A stretch of 51,134 nucleotides of DNA from Octopus bimaculoides. Its lineage: Eukaryota. The translations under genes were made by a program, and so were the position numbers. The first letter of the stretch is position 1. Each line of letters begins with the position of its first letter. Positions 47,581 to 51,134 of the stretch are shown here, in pieces. The stretch covers positions 101,688,065 through 101,739,198 of the forward strand of contig NC_068984.1 of assembly GCF_001194135.2 (NCBI RefSeq). The letters run 5' to 3'. The notes beneath the pieces were generated by a model, which was not told the DNA's origin, did no database searches, and saw only the letters and a program-made list of their open reading frames with translations.

Positions 47581-48811
47581 ACCTTGTACAATAACTTTTT
47601 CTGTATTCATAATGGAAATATACAGTCGGGTTTTTATAAGTGTGTGTGTATGTTTGTGTGAATTATTTCATAATTTTCAAAATCATGTGGTCTTTGAAAT
47701 CTTTGTTTGCAATGCAATATTTTTCCTGATGTAGGCCATCTGTTAACCTCTATCATAGGCCAACTAATAATCAGCAATGCCTCAGCATGATCAGATCCAC
47801 AATAACTTTAAACCAACTAAAATAAAGTTTTTACCTTGTTTTCTTAATGTGCTTATCACGAAATCTACAAAACTTGATTTATAAGCAGTTTGTTTGAGTT
47901 AGTTTGCAGAGCTGTTATTGTACTGAAGGTGAATGAGACATAAATAGGTTGAACTAGCTATTTATTCATCAATTACAGAACACATACACTAAGTTTAGAA
48001 ACACTTTTGTACATATATGAATTGAATTGAATTGTACTCGTTTCTGCTCACGAGCTGTGGCCATGCTGGGACTCTGCCATATTTATATGCTTTATTGGTC
48101 ATTACATAATTTCCTAATTATAATTGATGAGGAAAGAGTCCGGTTGATCCCCACCACCTTTTTTTTAGACCTTTAGGGGGTTTTGGAAGATGTTTGTAGA
48201 TTTAAAAACAAAAATTTGTTATTTTTCCTGTTGATTTCTTAGATAACAAAAGTAAATCTTTTCTGATCCTGTTCACAGAATAATGCAACATATGGCTTTA
48301 AAATACTTGTAAAATTAAATTAGAACAAATTTCAGATATTGAATAAAGCATTGAAACTGTAGTGCAAGGGAGTGCTAAAACAAAAAGTGCTAGCTAAACT
48401 AGAGAGATTAAGATAGGTTAGCCATAGTTACTCTCTTAGTACCTAGGTGACCAAGTCAGCAGAGATTTGTCTGGTTGTCAAACAAATGAGCCAAGAGATC
48501 AAAACTAGATATCTGACTCAAGAGATCATTAGTTTCTGATTGGCTAAAATAACACAACAAAGCTAAAACTAAAATAATTTTGTTAATCCAGTCAAAAATG
48601 GGTGACTGACTGACTACTAGTCTGTGATCTCAAAGTGCTGATTGTCTAATGTAATGTACATGACAATGGTGAAACTAAAATGTCATCTGCATGAGACTGC
48701 TACAGATTTTGGGAATTTGCCAGAAGAATAAGGTACATTCTAATAAGTTTTTACTTTTAGAAAGAAATTTTGTCAAAATTAGATAAGTTAAGAACACAAA
48801 AGCTGATGAAT

Positions 48812-48945
48812 CAATGCATTCATTGTCATTATTCAATATCTGCCTTCCATACTGGCATGGGTTGGATGGTCTTACAGGATTCTGTGAGTTGGAGGACTGT
48901 ACGAGACTCCAAAATCTCTTTTGGAATGACTTCGATTGTTAGATC
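48812..48945 (-). mobile_element. SINE family C, 3' fragment
   Basis: TCTGCCTTCCATACTGGCATGGGTTGGATGG is the reverse of the family C tail. Confidence 0.7.
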
Positions 48946-49788
48946 CACTTCCTTCAACTAGTATTTAATCAATTATCTAAAATAATATACAGCAAATCAA
49001 TTGTAATTTATTTTAACAATGAAAATTAAATCAAACAAATATAATACTACATAGTAATTTTAATCATTAATACAATGAAAGCAATATTATATTTATAAAA
49101 GAAAGTATATTATTAACAAGTGAATAATTAATATATTTATACTCAAAATCTTATAATTATACATAAAAATTAAACTACTTATTTATTTATGTTATCTGCA
49201 GCCTACAAAAAGATATTTATTATAAATAACCAGTTATATCTAGTTCAAACAACAACTACAGACCCCACATTACACAATGTGTTAGTGTTTTTTTCATGAC
49301 ACTGACACTAGTGGGTCACCAAATAACTTGCAAGACAGAAAATCCCTTGAGTGAGTAGGGTTTAGCAGAGGGGGAGCTAGCTTCATGCTTTGTTTTGAGA
49401 GGCTAAAGTGTGATAGAACAGATAGAAATGTTTTGCTGAAGAGGGAAGACTAAACATCAAATGAATGCTAAAAGATGTTTCTGTGAGAGGCATTTTCCAT
49501 TTGGTTTTTGTAAGACCTAATTTGAACTGAAAGATTAAAAACATTTAGGAAAGAATGAGAAATGAATCAGTTATAGGTGTGAAGAGATAAATAGTGGTGA
49601 TAAGGTGTCCACGTGGCATCTCAAAGTACAAGACTAGTAGAAGTGGGGTGGGGGTTGCAAGAGTGTGTGGGAGTAAGGGGGGTATGAGAGGTAGACAACA
49701 TATGTAAGGATTGGGTAAGGTTAAAGGGTAGATGTGGGGATTGCCAGTGGTACCTGAAATTGGGGAGGTAGAGGGATGTATGTATATA

Positions 49789-49991
49789 TGAGGGGTTGCT
49801 GAAAATTTCCTGGCTTTAGGGGTATCGTGAAAGGCCTGGCTGGAGGCTCAACATCCTGACTTCTTTTACAGAGCTAAGAAAAACTGAAGGACTGCTGCAA
49901 TAAGTGTGTGAATCTGAGAGGGGAATATATTGAATAAAATCATAACTGATCCTCCTATATTTTCTTTTATTTACTTTCCAGCATCCCCTCA
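49789..49991 (+). mobile_element. Mariner-derived MITE retaining the transposase C-terminus
   Basis: TA|TGAGGGGTTGCTGAAAA...TTTCCAGCATCCCCTCA|TA; internal WLEAQHPDFFY...KCVNLRGEYIE*. Confidence 0.8.
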
Positions 49992-50766
49992 TACATATGT
50001 ATATAAACTTGTAAGTATACAAGTTTACTTTCTCCCAGTAGGAAGTTTTAACAAGAACTAGGATCCTTCAATCCCAGTGGTTCGCATGCTAGTTAACCCA
50101 TAGTTGGGACTCTAACAAGTGCTACTACTCTCGGTCAGAGTAGACCTGAGAACAATAGTGGCTAAGAGATGGTTCTACACTTCTCAAAACTCAGGAACTC
50201 TCATACCAGGGTCCCATTGCCAGATGCAGTTTAGTATCATATGCAAGACTTAGAACTTCTGTCTAGGAGAAGATAAACTCATATAAAAAAAAAACCTGAA
50301 GTCCCGTTGGTCTTCCGTTGACTCAACCTTATTTGTAACTCTGATGTTATAAATTCGTGCACAGGAACTTCTTGGACTCAGAATCTTTGCATGGCATTAT
50401 TGAGTTTAGGAAGTGGTCTCAACCAGTCGTGAGTTGACTTTTAGCATTTGTATGTGAGTGAGTATATGCATGTGTGCATGTGTTGTTTATATTTAACATT
50501 TGTTATTGTTTGTACAGTGCGATGCTGATGTTGACATTAAGTGCTGAAAAACAGGTAAAGGTTAGTGATTGAAAGAGTATCTTGCCATAAAATTCTATTT
50601 CAAATGACTCTATCCAAATCCATACTAGCATGGAAAAATTGATGTTAAATGAATGAACAAGGATATGTTGCAAAATTGTACCCTGGAGTTTCATCACCAG
50701 GCTGCTGAGTTAGTGAGAACCAGCTCTTGTTATTTCCTATCAGCTCAGTTCCTCTAAACAAATTGG

Positions 50767-51060
50767 TCTATCAATATATATAAAACCGAGAATGTCTGTC
50801 TGTCTGTCAGTGTGCATCACTAAAATTCGAGAACTACCCAACCAATTTCATTCAAATTTTACACATGCCTTGCTTAGGATCCATGCAGTGTCATGGGCTA
50901 GAAAAGTTTTCAACTGCTTGCCTAATGTGAGCCTGGAGCAATCTCTTATCTCTTACACTATTTCAGTATTACATGTTGAAAGTGAAACAATAACATCTCT
51001 ATTGTAAAGTATACTTTCACTTTAATAATTTCACTATTAATACTGAAACTATTAAAGTGA
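50767..51060 (+). mobile_element. Probable Helitron 5' end (non-autonomous)
   Basis: TCTATCAATATATATAAAA...(GTCT)n start typical of animal non-autonomous Helitrons. 3' CTRR end not seen. Confidence 0.5.
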
Positions 51061-51087
51061 GACCATTATCTCACATATATACATGCA

Positions 51088-51120
<33 letters not shown>

Positions 51121-51134
51121 TATATATATATATA

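Overview
Eukaryotic, AT-rich and repeat-dense genomic DNA with several assembly gaps. The SINE families, MITEs and TA/CA microsatellites resemble those I know from Octopus (coleoid cephalopod); this is an inference, not a database match. Two spliced genes can be built by hand and they converge tail to tail. (1) On the + strand, a 3-exon MSRB1/SelR methionine-R-sulfoxide reductase gene (CDS 4203-4257, 14206-14348, 17540-17662; 106 aa). It has an in-frame TGA at the catalytic selenocysteine position, so the ORF track truncates it. A perfect 11-bp hairpin starts 8 nt after that TGA and contains the true stop codon. I found no canonical SECIS in the next ~3.5 kb, only a non-canonical candidate. 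(2) On the - strand, a 4-coding-exon gene (30917-30825, 27242-26998, 24263-24167, 21575-21285; 241 aa) with a Lys-rich N-terminus, which I do not recognise. The rest is mostly mobile DNA: a complete but decayed Gypsy LTR element in MSRB1 intron 1, mariner, maT, hAT, RTE and CRE remnants, foldback MITEs, Helitron-type ends and more than 25 SINE copies. Almost all ORFs in the supplied track are spurious (microsatellites, gaps, repeat fragments). SINE and remnant boundaries are approximate.
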